A stretch of 32,000 nt of DNA from an uncultured Clostridia bacterium (GTDB lineage: Bacteria > Bacillota > Clostridia > Christensenellales > Aristaeellaceae). The notes under the pieces are model-generated. The model had not been told where the DNA came from, ran no database searches, and saw only the letters and a list, made by a program, of their open reading frames with translations. The DNA is taken from the NCBI GenBank assembly GCA_934647235.1, contig CAKUFG010000015.1, forward strand, positions 15,905-47,904, given 5' to 3'. Shown in pieces: positions 22,318-31,960 of this stretch. How positions within the stretch are numbered: the first letter of the stretch is position 1; each line of letters begins with the position of its first letter. Both the position numbers and the translations under genes were made by a program.

Positions 22318-22600
22318 TTCGCCAGCTGCTGCGCCTGTTCCCCGCACGCAGCCATCGCCCCCGTGGCACGCTGATCGCAGATCAGCGCAGGGCTGGCGAA
22401 GCCAGACCATAGGGGAAAAAGGCAGAAGCGCGCGGGCGGAGCTTGCTCCAGACCGAGCGATTCAAGTTTTTCCCTGCCACGGGGGGCGGCAGTGCCGCCT
22501 TCCAGTTTTATCAACTTGACTTTTGCGTCACACGCAGCCTTCTTTGATTCTTTCTTGGGCTCCAAGAAAGAATCGTATCTCTCGTTCCCTCCCCTCCCCG
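22318..22600 (+). repeat. S element copy E (island E; sense orientation inside an operon)
   Basis: Core 22358-22486: CCCCCGTGGCA/TGCCACGGGGG, GCTGATC-gca-GATCAGC, GGCTGGC-gaa-GCCAGaCC, GGGGAAAAA...TTTTTCCC, CGGgcGGAGC-tt-GCTCCagaCCG. Then GGCGGCA-g-TGCCGCC, GAC-ttttgc-GTC, the palindrome GATTCTTTCTTGG-gct-CCAAGAAAGAATC (22546-22574) and a C-rich tail. Confidence 0.75.
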
Positions 22601-22630
22601 CAGACAATCAACAAGAAAAGAGGAACCACC

Positions 22631-24514
22631 ATGAAAAGAACTGCCGAGCGCTTTCAGGAAGCGCATTATGACGTCATCGTCGTGGGCGGCGGCATGGCAG
22701 GCGTGTGCGCCGCGCTGGCCAGCGCGCGCAAGGGCGTAAGCACCGCCCTGATCAACGCCCGTCCCGTGCTGGGCGGCAACGCCTCCAGCGAGATCCGCAT
22801 CCACATCTCCGGCGCGGATCAAAGCCTGAAGCAGCCCGATTACGCCGAGGGCGGCATCCTGTACGAGCTGATGCTGGAAAACAAGGCGCGCAACGACAAT
22901 TTCAGCTATTCCATCTGGGATATGATCCTCTTTGAGGCCGCCAAGCAGCAGGAGCGCCTGACGCTGTACCATAATACCGTGATGTACGACTGCGAAACCG
23001 AGGGCAGCCGCATCACGGCCATCAGCTGCGTGCAGGAAACCACCGAAATGCGCTTCCGCCTGACCGCGCCGCTGTTTGTGGACGCCACAGGCAACGGCAC
23101 GCTGGGCTATTACGCGGGCGCCGCCTTCCGCGCCGGGAGCGAGCCGCACAGCGAGTTCGGCGAGCCCCACGCCCCCGAAAGCGCCAATAACGAGCGCATG
23201 GGCAATACCATCCTGATGCGCGCGGTGAACATGGGGCGCCCCGTGCCCTTCACCGCCCCGGCCTTCGCCAAGCGCCTGACCGAAAAGCAGCTGGCCAAGC
23301 GCATCCACTGCGTGGAAATGCGCGATCATATCGACGTGAGCGACTCCCCCAATCCCGAGGAGTACAAGCGCACGTCCATGACCAGCAGCGCCGCCATCGA
23401 CTACGGCTACTGGTGGTGCGAGCTGATGGGCGACGGCGAGGATATCATCCCCGATTATGAAAAGATCCGCGACGACCTGATGGCCTACGCCTACGGCATC
23501 TGGGATCATATCAAGAACAACAACGAAGGGCTGCACCAGCATCACGCCGAAAACTACGCCCTGGACTGGGTGGGCGCGCTGCCCGGCATGCGCGAAAGCC
23601 GCCGCCTGGAGGGCGATTACCTGCTGAACGAAAACGACATCCTGGAGCACCGCCGCTTTGACGACGCGGTGTGCTACGGCGGCTGGTGCGTGGATATGCA
23701 CGCGCCCCACGGCCTGCTGGACGAGGACAAGCTGCCCTCCGACTGCAACTTCTACGAGGGCGTGTATACCATCCCCTACCGCAGCTATTACTCCCGCAGC
23801 ATCGATAACCTGTTCATGGCGGGCCGCGATATCAGCACCACCCGCATGGGCCTGGCCTCCACGCGCATCATCGGCTGCTGCGCCATCGGCGGCGAGGCGG
23901 TGGGGCTGGCGGCGGCGCGCTGCATCCAGCATCATTGCCTGCCCCGCGAGCTTGCGCCCTTCGTGGGCGAGGTGCAGCAGGATATCCTGCGAGACGGCGG
24001 CTACCTGCCCGGCTTTGCCAATGCCGACGCGGACGACCTGGCCCGCACGGCGCGCTTCACGGCTTCCTCCTGCAGGGCGGGCATCAACCCGCAGGATGTG
24101 GCCAACGGCGTGTCCCGCAGGATCGGCGCGGACTTTAACGGCTGGCAGTCCGACGGCTTCGCGCCCGGCGGCGAAACGTTGACCATGACCCTGGACGGCG
24201 AAAAGCCGGTAAGCGAATTGCGGTTCGTGTTCCACTCCGATTTCAAGTATCCCATCCGCGTGACCATGTGCCCCAACCGCCAGGCGCAGCAGCGCCCCGG
24301 CGTGCCGGCCGAGTTGGTGCGGGATTACGATGTAGAGCTGCTGCGCGGCGGCAGGGTGGTTAAGACCATCCCCGTGCGCGGCAACCATCAGCGTCTGAAC
24401 GTGCTGCGGTTTGATACGACCGTGTGCGATCAGGTAAACCTGCGCTGCCTGTCCACCAACGGCGCGCCGGACGCAACGGTATTTGAGGTGCGCGCGTACA
24501 GCGAGCAAAAGTAA
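22631..24514 (+). CDS. FAD-dependent oxidoreductase (FAD_oxidored/PF12831-like) with C-terminal beta-sandwich-like domain
   Basis: About 627 aa. Dinucleotide fold HYDVIVVGGGMAGVCAALASARKG. No signal peptide. The last ~140 aa (…RFVFHSDFKYPIRV…VFEVRAY) resemble a carbohydrate-binding or discoidin-type module. Start moved from 22523 to the ATG after AAGAGGAA. Confidence 0.8.
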   Translation: MKRTAERFQEAHYDVIVVGGGMAGVCAALASARKGVSTALINARPVLGGNASSEIRIHISGADQSLKQPDYAEGGILYELMLENKARNDNFSYSIWDMILFEAAKQQERLTLYHNTVMYDCETEGSRITAISCVQETTEMRFRLTAPLFVDATGNGTLGYYAGAAFRAGSEPHSEFGEPHAPESANNERMGNTILMRAVNMGRPVPFTAPAFAKRLTEKQLAKRIHCVEMRDHIDVSDSPNPEEYKRTSMTSSAAIDYGYWWCELMGDGEDIIPDYEKIRDDLMAYAYGIWDHIKNNNEGLHQHHAENYALDWVGALPGMRESRRLEGDYLLNENDILEHRRFDDAVCYGGWCVDMHAPHGLLDEDKLPSDCNFYEGVYTIPYRSYYSRSIDNLFMAGRDISTTRMGLASTRIIGCCAIGGEAVGLAAARCIQHHCLPRELAPFVGEVQQDILRDGGYLPGFANADADDLARTARFTASSCRAGINPQDVANGVSRRIGADFNGWQSDGFAPGGETLTMTLDGEKPVSELRFVFHSDFKYPIRVTMCPNRQAQQRPGVPAELVRDYDVELLRGGRVVKTIPVRGNHQRLNVLRFDTTVCDQVNLRCLSTNGAPDATVFEVRAYSEQK

Positions 24515-24525
24515 GCGCCTGCTCC

Positions 24526-24566
24526 GGCCGGAGGTTCGCCCTCCGGCCATTTTTCTTGTTTTTTCC
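24526..24566 (+). terminator. Strong intrinsic terminator after the FAD oxidoreductase gene
   Basis: GGCCGGAGG-ttcgc-CCTCCGGCC followed by ATTTTTCTTGTTTTTT. Confidence 0.85.
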
Positions 24567-24635
24567 CATTTTCTGTTTGCCTTTTGCCGCGAATTGCGGT
24601 AACATAAAGGCAATTACGCACTGGAGGTGTTTACG

Positions 24636-26012
24636 GTGCCGGATACGTTTTTGCAATCGCTTTCGTGCCCCCTGCCGGAGGATATCGCGCACCTGAAGGG
24701 CGCGGGCGAGTATGAGCTGGCCCTGCGGCTCATCGACCGCCGCCTGGCCGGGCAGCTTCCCGCCATGCTGCGCGCAAGGCTGGAAGCGGAGCGCCTTTTT
24801 TTGCAGCGCCTGCCCCGCGCCTATACCCTGACCGAGGCCGACGCGGTGGCCGAAATGCGCCGCAGCGTGCCTGATTTTACCGCCCAGGAGTGGCAGGAAT
24901 ACCTGCTGGACGGCAAGCTCGACTTTATCTGTTACCACGGCCAGCGCCTGTACCACGAGGTCAGCTGCGCGTCGCTGCTGAAAACCCAGCGCGCGCTCAA
25001 TGCCCGCGCCCTTGCGCCCTATGATGAGAAAAAGCCCCGGCTTGAGGCCGTAATCCGCCAGGTGATGGCCGGCAAGCGCGCCTATCGCTTCCGCCTGCGC
25101 GCCGCGACAAGCATCGCGGACGACGTCTTCGCCCCCGATACCCGCTATCGCATCCACCTGCCCATCCCGGCGCAGAGCATGCAGCAGTCCGCCGCCGAGG
25201 AGCTGCGCGCCACGCTGCCCATCCTGTATACCGACGCGGCGGACGCGCCCCAGCGCACCGCGTATATGGAGCTTTGCGCGCACGAGAACGCGCCCATCGT
25301 GACCGAGTATGCCTGGACGCAGCGCCCGCGCTATGTGAACCCGCTGGACGAGGCCGCCCGCGGGCCGGTCTATCCGGACGCGCGCCCCGTGCAGGCCGAG
25401 GATCTGTCCGAGCAGGCCCCGCACATCTGCTTTACGCCCTACCTGCGCAGCCTGGCCGCAGAGCTGCGCCGCAGCGAGACCGACCCCGTCCGCATTGCCC
25501 GCAGATTTTATGATTTTATCACCACCCGGGTGATGTATGCCTATCAGCGGCCATATCTGTTGATCGAGGGCGGCGCGGAGTATACCGCCGTCAACCTGCG
25601 CGGCGATTGCGGCCTGCAGGCGCTGCTGTTCATCACCCTGTGCCGCATCAGCGGCATCCCCGCGCGCTGGCAAAGCGGGCTGTACGCCGCGCCCGGCGAT
25701 GTGGGCAGCCACGACTGGGCAGAGTTTTACAGCGACCGCCTGGGCTGGCTGCCGGTGGATTGCTCCTTTGGCGGCACGGGCCATCGCCATGGCTCGGCGC
25801 TGCGGTGGAATTTCTACTTTGGCAACCTCGATCCCTGGCGCATGGTCGCCAATCGCAGCTACTACGCGCCCTTCAGCCCGTGCAAGCGCTTTGCGCGCTG
25901 CGATCCCTATGATAACCAGCGGGGCGAAATCGAAACCGACGCGCGCGGGCTGTGCGCGGGCGAGTTCCGCACCCGCTATGAAATGATCGACCATCAGGAA
26001 ACGGAGGAATAA
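24636..26012 (+). CDS. Transglutaminase-like (cysteine protease fold) domain protein
   Basis: Cys-His-Asp triad context RGDCGLQALLF ... GSHDWAEFY ... WLPVDCSFG. GTG at 24636 lies 8 nt after GGAGG (24623-27); the track start 24627 overlaps the RBS. No signal peptide. Confidence 0.8.
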   Translation: MPDTFLQSLSCPLPEDIAHLKGAGEYELALRLIDRRLAGQLPAMLRARLEAERLFLQRLPRAYTLTEADAVAEMRRSVPDFTAQEWQEYLLDGKLDFICYHGQRLYHEVSCASLLKTQRALNARALAPYDEKKPRLEAVIRQVMAGKRAYRFRLRAATSIADDVFAPDTRYRIHLPIPAQSMQQSAAEELRATLPILYTDAADAPQRTAYMELCAHENAPIVTEYAWTQRPRYVNPLDEAARGPVYPDARPVQAEDLSEQAPHICFTPYLRSLAAELRRSETDPVRIARRFYDFITTRVMYAYQRPYLLIEGGAEYTAVNLRGDCGLQALLFITLCRISGIPARWQSGLYAAPGDVGSHDWAEFYSDRLGWLPVDCSFGGTGHRHGSALRWNFYFGNLDPWRMVANRSYYAPFSPCKRFARCDPYDNQRGEIETDARGLCAGEFRTRYEMIDHQETEE

Positions 26013-26016
26013 CGAT

Positions 26017-26910
26017 ATGATCATTTGCGATTGCCACTGCGATACCCTGTACAGCATGCAGATGGGCCGCGACCAGCACCTGGACGTGACCATGGAAAAC
26101 CTGCGCGCGGGCGGCATCAGCCTGCAAACCATGGCCATGTATGTGGGCCCCGGCCGCAAGGGCGATGTGGAAGCCCTGATGCAGGGTATGCTGCAGAAGC
26201 TGGAGCTGCTCAAAAGCCAGGGCTGGAAGCAGGTGGATGATCCCAGCCAGGCCGTGGACGGCGAGGTGGCCGTGATGCTGTCCATCGAGGGCTGCGAGCC
26301 CTTTGATCCCGGCCTGCATACCATTGCGGAATACCGCGCCCACGGCGTGCGCATGGCCGCCATCACCTGGAACCACGAGAACACCCTGGGCTATCCCGCC
26401 ATGAGCGGCAGCACGCAGGGGCTCAAGCCCTACGGCGTGCAGGCCATCCGCGAGATGCAGCGCCTGGGCATCGCCGCCGACGTATCGCACCTGAACGAAG
26501 CGGGCGTGTTTGACATCCTGAACAAGACCGACAAGCCCCCCATGGCCTCGCACAGCAACTGCCGCGCGCTGACCGACCATCCCCGCAACCTGAGCGATGA
26601 GCAGCTGCGCGCCATGTTCAGGGCTGGCGGCTTTGTGGGCGTCAATTTCTGGCCCACCATCATCGGCGAACCGGCCAACATCGACCACCTGATCGATCAC
26701 ATTGCCCATATGTACGATATCGGCGGCGAGGGCAAGGTGGGCTTCGGCTCGGACTTTGACGGCATCGAGCGCAAGCCCGAGGGGCTGAACAACCCCGCCG
26801 ACTTCCCCAGGCTGATCGACGGCCTGCGCCGCCGCGGCTTTGCTGAAAAGGATGTGGCAGACATCGCCGGCCTGGGTCTGATTCATTATTTTGAGCGCAT
26901 CAAGGTGTAA
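26017..26910 (+). CDS. Membrane-dipeptidase family (peptidase M19) dipeptidase
   Basis: 297 aa. N-terminal ICDCHCDT zinc site, then HLNE, ASHSN and GSDFDG motifs typical of M19 renal-type dipeptidases. GGAGGAA RBS. Starts 4 nt after the preceding stop. Confidence 0.88.
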   Translation: MIICDCHCDTLYSMQMGRDQHLDVTMENLRAGGISLQTMAMYVGPGRKGDVEALMQGMLQKLELLKSQGWKQVDDPSQAVDGEVAVMLSIEGCEPFDPGLHTIAEYRAHGVRMAAITWNHENTLGYPAMSGSTQGLKPYGVQAIREMQRLGIAADVSHLNEAGVFDILNKTDKPPMASHSNCRALTDHPRNLSDEQLRAMFRAGGFVGVNFWPTIIGEPANIDHLIDHIAHMYDIGGEGKVGFGSDFDGIERKPEGLNNPADFPRLIDGLRRRGFAEKDVADIAGLGLIHYFERIKV

Positions 26911-26928
26911 TTGAAGGAGGACGTACCG

Positions 26929-28176
26929 ATGACAGCCGTTCCCGCGAAACGCCGCGCCGAGGCCCGGCGGCTGACGCTGCTGTGCGCCGCGGTTTACTTT
27001 TGCAGCTATCTGACGCGCCTGGATTACGGCGCGGTGATGGTGGAAATGGTGCGCGCCGAGGGCTTCTCGCGCGTGGACGCCAGCGCGGCGCTGACCGGGC
27101 TGTTTATCACCTATGGCTTCGGGCAGCTCATCAGCGGGTATCTGGGCGACCGGGTAAAGCCGCAGCTGCTGATCTTCTTTGGCCTGATCGCCTGCGGCCT
27201 GATGAACCTGCTGATTCCCTTCTGCCCCTCGCCCGCGTGGATGACCGTGGTGTGGAGCGTGAACGGCCTGGCGCAGGCCATGATGTGGCCGCCGCTGGTG
27301 CGCATCATGAGCCAGCACATGACCGAGAGCGAATACAAGGTGGCCACGGTGCACGTCAGCTGGGGCAGCAGCCTGGGCACCATCGCCATTTACCTGATGA
27401 TCCCGCTGCTGCTCAAGGTTAGCTCCTGGCGCGGGGTGTTCTACTGCGCGGCGGTAGTGGGCATGGGCATGGCGGCCTTCTGGATGGCCCGCTATGGCCG
27501 TGTGGAGCGCACGCTGCCCCTGCAGGAGCAGGCTGCGCCCGCTGAGAAGCCGGGCGACGCGGGCAAATCCGGCGGCGGCCTGCGCGCGCTGATGCCGCTG
27601 CTGGCCATCATGATGCTGGTGATCGTCTGCCAGGGCACGCTGCGCGACGGCATTACCTCCTGGATGCCCACCTACCTGGCCGATACCTATAACATGGAAA
27701 GCGGCAAATCCATCCTGACAGGCGTGCTGCTGCCGCTGTTTGGCATGGTGTGCTATCAGATTGTGCTGTGGATGAACCGCAAGCTGGTAAAGAACGAGCT
27801 GCAATGCGCGGCCATCATCTTTGGCGTGGGGCTGGTATCGCTGCTGGCGCTGCGGCTGCTGCACGCGCACAGCTTTGCGCTGTCGGTGCTGATCCTGGCC
27901 TTCGCGGTGGCCAGCATGCACGGCGTAAACCTGATTATGACCTGCATGACCCCCAAGTATCTGGCGGGCAGCGGCAGGATCTCCATGATTTCGGGCCTGC
28001 TGAACGCCTGCACCTACATTGGCAGCGCGCTGAGCATGTACGGCGTGGCGCTGATTGCCGACCGCTTTGGCTGGACGACCACCGAAAGTCTGTGGTGCGG
28101 CGTGGCGCTGATCGGCACGCTGTGCGCGGCCGTATGCGTGCCCCGCTGGGGCAGGCTGCGCAGAACGCAGCAATGA
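26929..28176 (+). CDS. MFS transporter
   Basis: About 415 aa with 12 hydrophobic segments and a central loop (…QEQAAPAEKPGDAGKSGGG…). ATG at 26929 lies 8 nt after GAAGGAGG; the track's TTG at 26911 sits inside the RBS. Confidence 0.85.
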   Translation: MTAVPAKRRAEARRLTLLCAAVYFCSYLTRLDYGAVMVEMVRAEGFSRVDASAALTGLFITYGFGQLISGYLGDRVKPQLLIFFGLIACGLMNLLIPFCPSPAWMTVVWSVNGLAQAMMWPPLVRIMSQHMTESEYKVATVHVSWGSSLGTIAIYLMIPLLLKVSSWRGVFYCAAVVGMGMAAFWMARYGRVERTLPLQEQAAPAEKPGDAGKSGGGLRALMPLLAIMMLVIVCQGTLRDGITSWMPTYLADTYNMESGKSILTGVLLPLFGMVCYQIVLWMNRKLVKNELQCAAIIFGVGLVSLLALRLLHAHSFALSVLILAFAVASMHGVNLIMTCMTPKYLAGSGRISMISGLLNACTYIGSALSMYGVALIADRFGWTTTESLWCGVALIGTLCAAVCVPRWGRLRRTQQ

Positions 28177-28910
28177 AAGCGCCGGCTCCGCGCCTGGCAG
28201 AGCGGCTGACAAGCGCGCTGTTTCCGCGCGCGGCCATTTGCCTGCTGTGCGGCGATCCGCGCCGTGCGCAGCCGCAGGATTGCCTGTGTCCGGACTGCCG
28301 GGAGGCGCTGGAGCGCCTGCGCCTGCGCGGCAGCCTGTGCCTGCGCTGCATGCATCCGCTGGATGAGCGCGGCCGCTGCGCCTTTTGCGCCTCGGGCGGC
28401 CTGCAGGGCCTGCACGAGGGCTTTGCCGCCTTCCGCCATCAGGGCGCGGCGCGCGAGCTGGTGATGCAGCTGAAATATCAGTATTGCAACGAGGCCGCCG
28501 ACGCGCTGGCCCAGGCCATGGCGCAGTGTGTGCCGCTTGGGCATTACGACGCGCTGACGCCCGTGCCCCTGCATCCCCGCCGCCAGCGCATGCGCGGCGG
28601 CAACCAGGCGGAGCTTTTGTGCCGCGCGCTGTCGCCGCAGCTGGGCATGCCTACCCTGGATTTGCTTTCCCGCGTGCGCGAAACGCGCGAGCAGGCCAGC
28701 CTGGCGCGCGGAGATCGGCTGCGCAACGTGCAGGGCGCGTTTGCCCTGCGATGCGATACGCGCGGCCTGCGGGTGCTGCTGGTGGACGATGTGCGCACCA
28801 CCGGCGCTACGGCGCGCGCCTGCGCCCAGGCCCTCACGCTTGGCGGCGCGCGGGAAGTGAGCATATTGACGGCCACCCTCGCCGTGCACATGCATGAGGA
28901 GCGCAGATAG
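28173..28910 (+). CDS. comFC: ComF-family protein (zinc-ribbon + phosphoribosyltransferase domain)
   Basis: 245 aa. N-terminal Cys pairs CLLCG...CPDC and CLRC...CAFC. PRTase loop VLLVDDVRTTGAT. The start overlaps the MFS stop (ATGA). The longer track ORF 27750..28910 overlaps the MFS gene out of frame. Confidence 0.82.
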   Translation: MKAPAPRLAERLTSALFPRAAICLLCGDPRRAQPQDCLCPDCREALERLRLRGSLCLRCMHPLDERGRCAFCASGGLQGLHEGFAAFRHQGAARELVMQLKYQYCNEAADALAQAMAQCVPLGHYDALTPVPLHPRRQRMRGGNQAELLCRALSPQLGMPTLDLLSRVRETREQASLARGDRLRNVQGAFALRCDTRGLRVLLVDDVRTTGATARACAQALTLGGAREVSILTATLAVHMHEERR

Positions 28911-28941
28911 CCGTTATAATTTGTCCTTCAAGCATAAACAT

Positions 28942-28978
28942 AAAGCCCGAGCAGGATCAGATCCCGCTCGGGCTTTTC
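28942..28978. terminator. Bidirectional intrinsic terminator between convergent comFC and the ABC ATPase gene
   Basis: AAAGCCCGAGC-a-GGATC-a-GATCC-c-GCTCGGGCTTT long hairpin, with a T-run on the plus side and an A-run (T-run on the minus strand) on the other. Confidence 0.7.
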
Positions 28979-28992
28979 GATCGCTTAATACT

Positions 28993-30100
<1,108 letters not shown>

Positions 30101-30108
<8 letters not shown>

Positions 30109-31960
30109 CTACTCCCTTGTCGATTGACGCGCCCGTCAGCTTGTTTACCGTCAGGTTTACCAGCAGCACCACCACGATAATCAGCAGGTTGATGGCGTTG
30201 CCAAACTGCGCCCAGCCCTTTTCGCTGTACTGCATCAGCATGGTGGTCAGGATCGTATTGCTGGTGGGCACCAGCAGCACGAACAGGCTCAGTTCACGCA
30301 TGCACGATACCATCGGCAGCAGATAACCGGACAGGAAACTGGATTTCTGGATGGGGAAGATCACGCGCACCATGCGCTTCCACCACGGCACGCCCGTGAT
30401 CAGGGCGGCCTCCTCGATTTCGCCGGACAACTGCAGCATGGCGTTTACGCCGCTGCGGCTGGCAAAGGGCAGGTACTTGACCGAGCCCACCAGCGCCAGC
30501 AGTGCGAAGCCGCGCAGCCAGGAAATGTGCGAGGACATGGACAGATAAATCGCGCCGAAGGCCAGCGAGGGCATCAGATACGGGAAGAAGGACAGGCTGT
30601 TTACCCAGGAGGCCAGACGGCTGCCGCGGCGCTTGGCCACGCCGTAGCCCACCAGGATGCCGCTGGTGCCGGCAACCACCGAGCAGGTGACGGCCAGCAG
30701 CAGGCTGTAGCCCAGCGCCTTCCACACCTTGGCGGAGAACAGGATGCCCGTGCTGTCGCCCTGATCCAGATAATCCAGGTTGCGGCCGATCCAGAAGTCC
30801 AGCGTCATGTTGGACAGCGAGTAATCGCCCGCCTTGATGATGACCGATTCCATGGCGAAGGTGATCAGCGGCAGCACCGCCACCAGAAGCAGCAGCACCA
30901 CCAGGATGATGGCAATGGGGCGGTTGGCGCCGCGCAGGTTGATCAGCGAAATCTGCGAGGACTTGCCCGTTACCGTGGTAAACTGCTTGCGGCTGTTGGT
31001 CACGCGCTGGTTCAGCAGCAGGATGGCCACGCCGAAGACGATCATCACGGCGGCAATGATATACGCCTGGCCGCTGTAGGTATCCATCAGGGATTTCATT
31101 TTGGTGGACAGCACATAGTAGCGCACGGGCGAACCCAGGAACACCGGCACGGCGTAGGCGCTCATGGAGCTGGCGAACACCAGCAGAAAGGTGGAGAGCA
31201 TGGCCGGCTTTACAATGGGCATGGTGATGCGGCTGATGATGCGCCAGCGCGGGGTCTTGAGGATGGTCGCAGCCTCCTCCAGGTTCGCGTCCATATTGCG
31301 CAGGATGCCGCCGATGAGGATATAGGCGAAGGGCGCATAGTGCAGGCCCAGCACCAGGCTGATGGGGAAATAGCCGTACACCAGCCACTCAGGCGCATAG
31401 ATGCCGAACACCGCCGCCATGATGCCGTTGGAGGTGCCGGTGCCGATGTTGACGTTCTTCCAGAAGGTCTGCCAGAACAGCGCCAGCGTCCAGGAAGGCA
31501 TGATGTAGGGGAACACGAACACGGCGGATACGAACTTTTTATATTTGATGTTCGTGCGCGTGATCAGGAAGGCCACGGTGCCGCCAAACAGAATGGCGAT
31601 AAACGAGGAGGTCAGCGACACGGCCAGGGTGTTGAAGAACGGGCCGTAGAACTGAATCCAGCTGTTGGACAGCTTTACGCCCGCCTCGCCGCCGTCGTTT
31701 AAGGTAAACAGCAGCTTTGTAAAATGATACAGCGTGTAATCGCCGGTTTTCAGGCCCAGCGATTTAACCGCGCGCGCCTCGCGCCCCGCGTGCACCGTGA
31801 CCGTTTCCAGCAGCATGGTCAGCAGCGGATAAAGCGTAAGCAAGCACAGCGCCACCAGGAAGATCAGCAGGATCACGTTGGCGGGCTTGGAAAAATACGC
31901 CCGCAGCCTGCCCATCAGCCTGCGCGGCTGAAATTTTCGGGTGCGTTCCATGTTGGGCAA
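30101..31960 (-). CDS. ABC transporter permease, fused double BPD_transp_1 domains (FbpB/ThiP-type architecture)
   Basis: 619 aa, about 12 TM segments and two EAA loops (EEAATILKTPRWRIISRITMPIVKPAM and EEAALITGVPWWKRMVRVIFPIQKSSF). It overlaps the ATPase start by 8 nt. The cognate SBP gene is not in the window. Confidence 0.88.

Noticed and set aside
22362-22378. Sigma-54 promoter-like TGGCAC-N5-TCGCA inside the S element (copy E; similar in A and B).
   Set aside because: The GG-N10-GC spacing and the -12 element are not preserved in copies A (one nt short), C1, C2 and D. The conserved feature is pairing with the distant TGCCACGG strand, so the TGGCAC is better explained as one strand of helix P1.
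24577-24605. Promoter for the transglutaminase-like operon (TTGCCT-17-TAACAT).
   Set aside because: Both hexamers are weak and I could not find supporting features. A promoter must exist after the strong terminator at 24526-24566, but this assignment is too uncertain to list as a feature.
27750-28910. Extended N-termini offered by the ORF track: 27750 for comFC, 9821 for the BNR gene, 10993 for the permease, 15529 for MATE, 21306 for the LacI fusion, 22523 for the FAD gene, 24627 for the transglutaminase-like gene and 26911 for MFS.
   Set aside because: In each case an internal ATG or GTG with a well-spaced GGAGG-type RBS begins the recognisable domain. The upstream extension overlaps another gene, a repeat island or the RBS itself.
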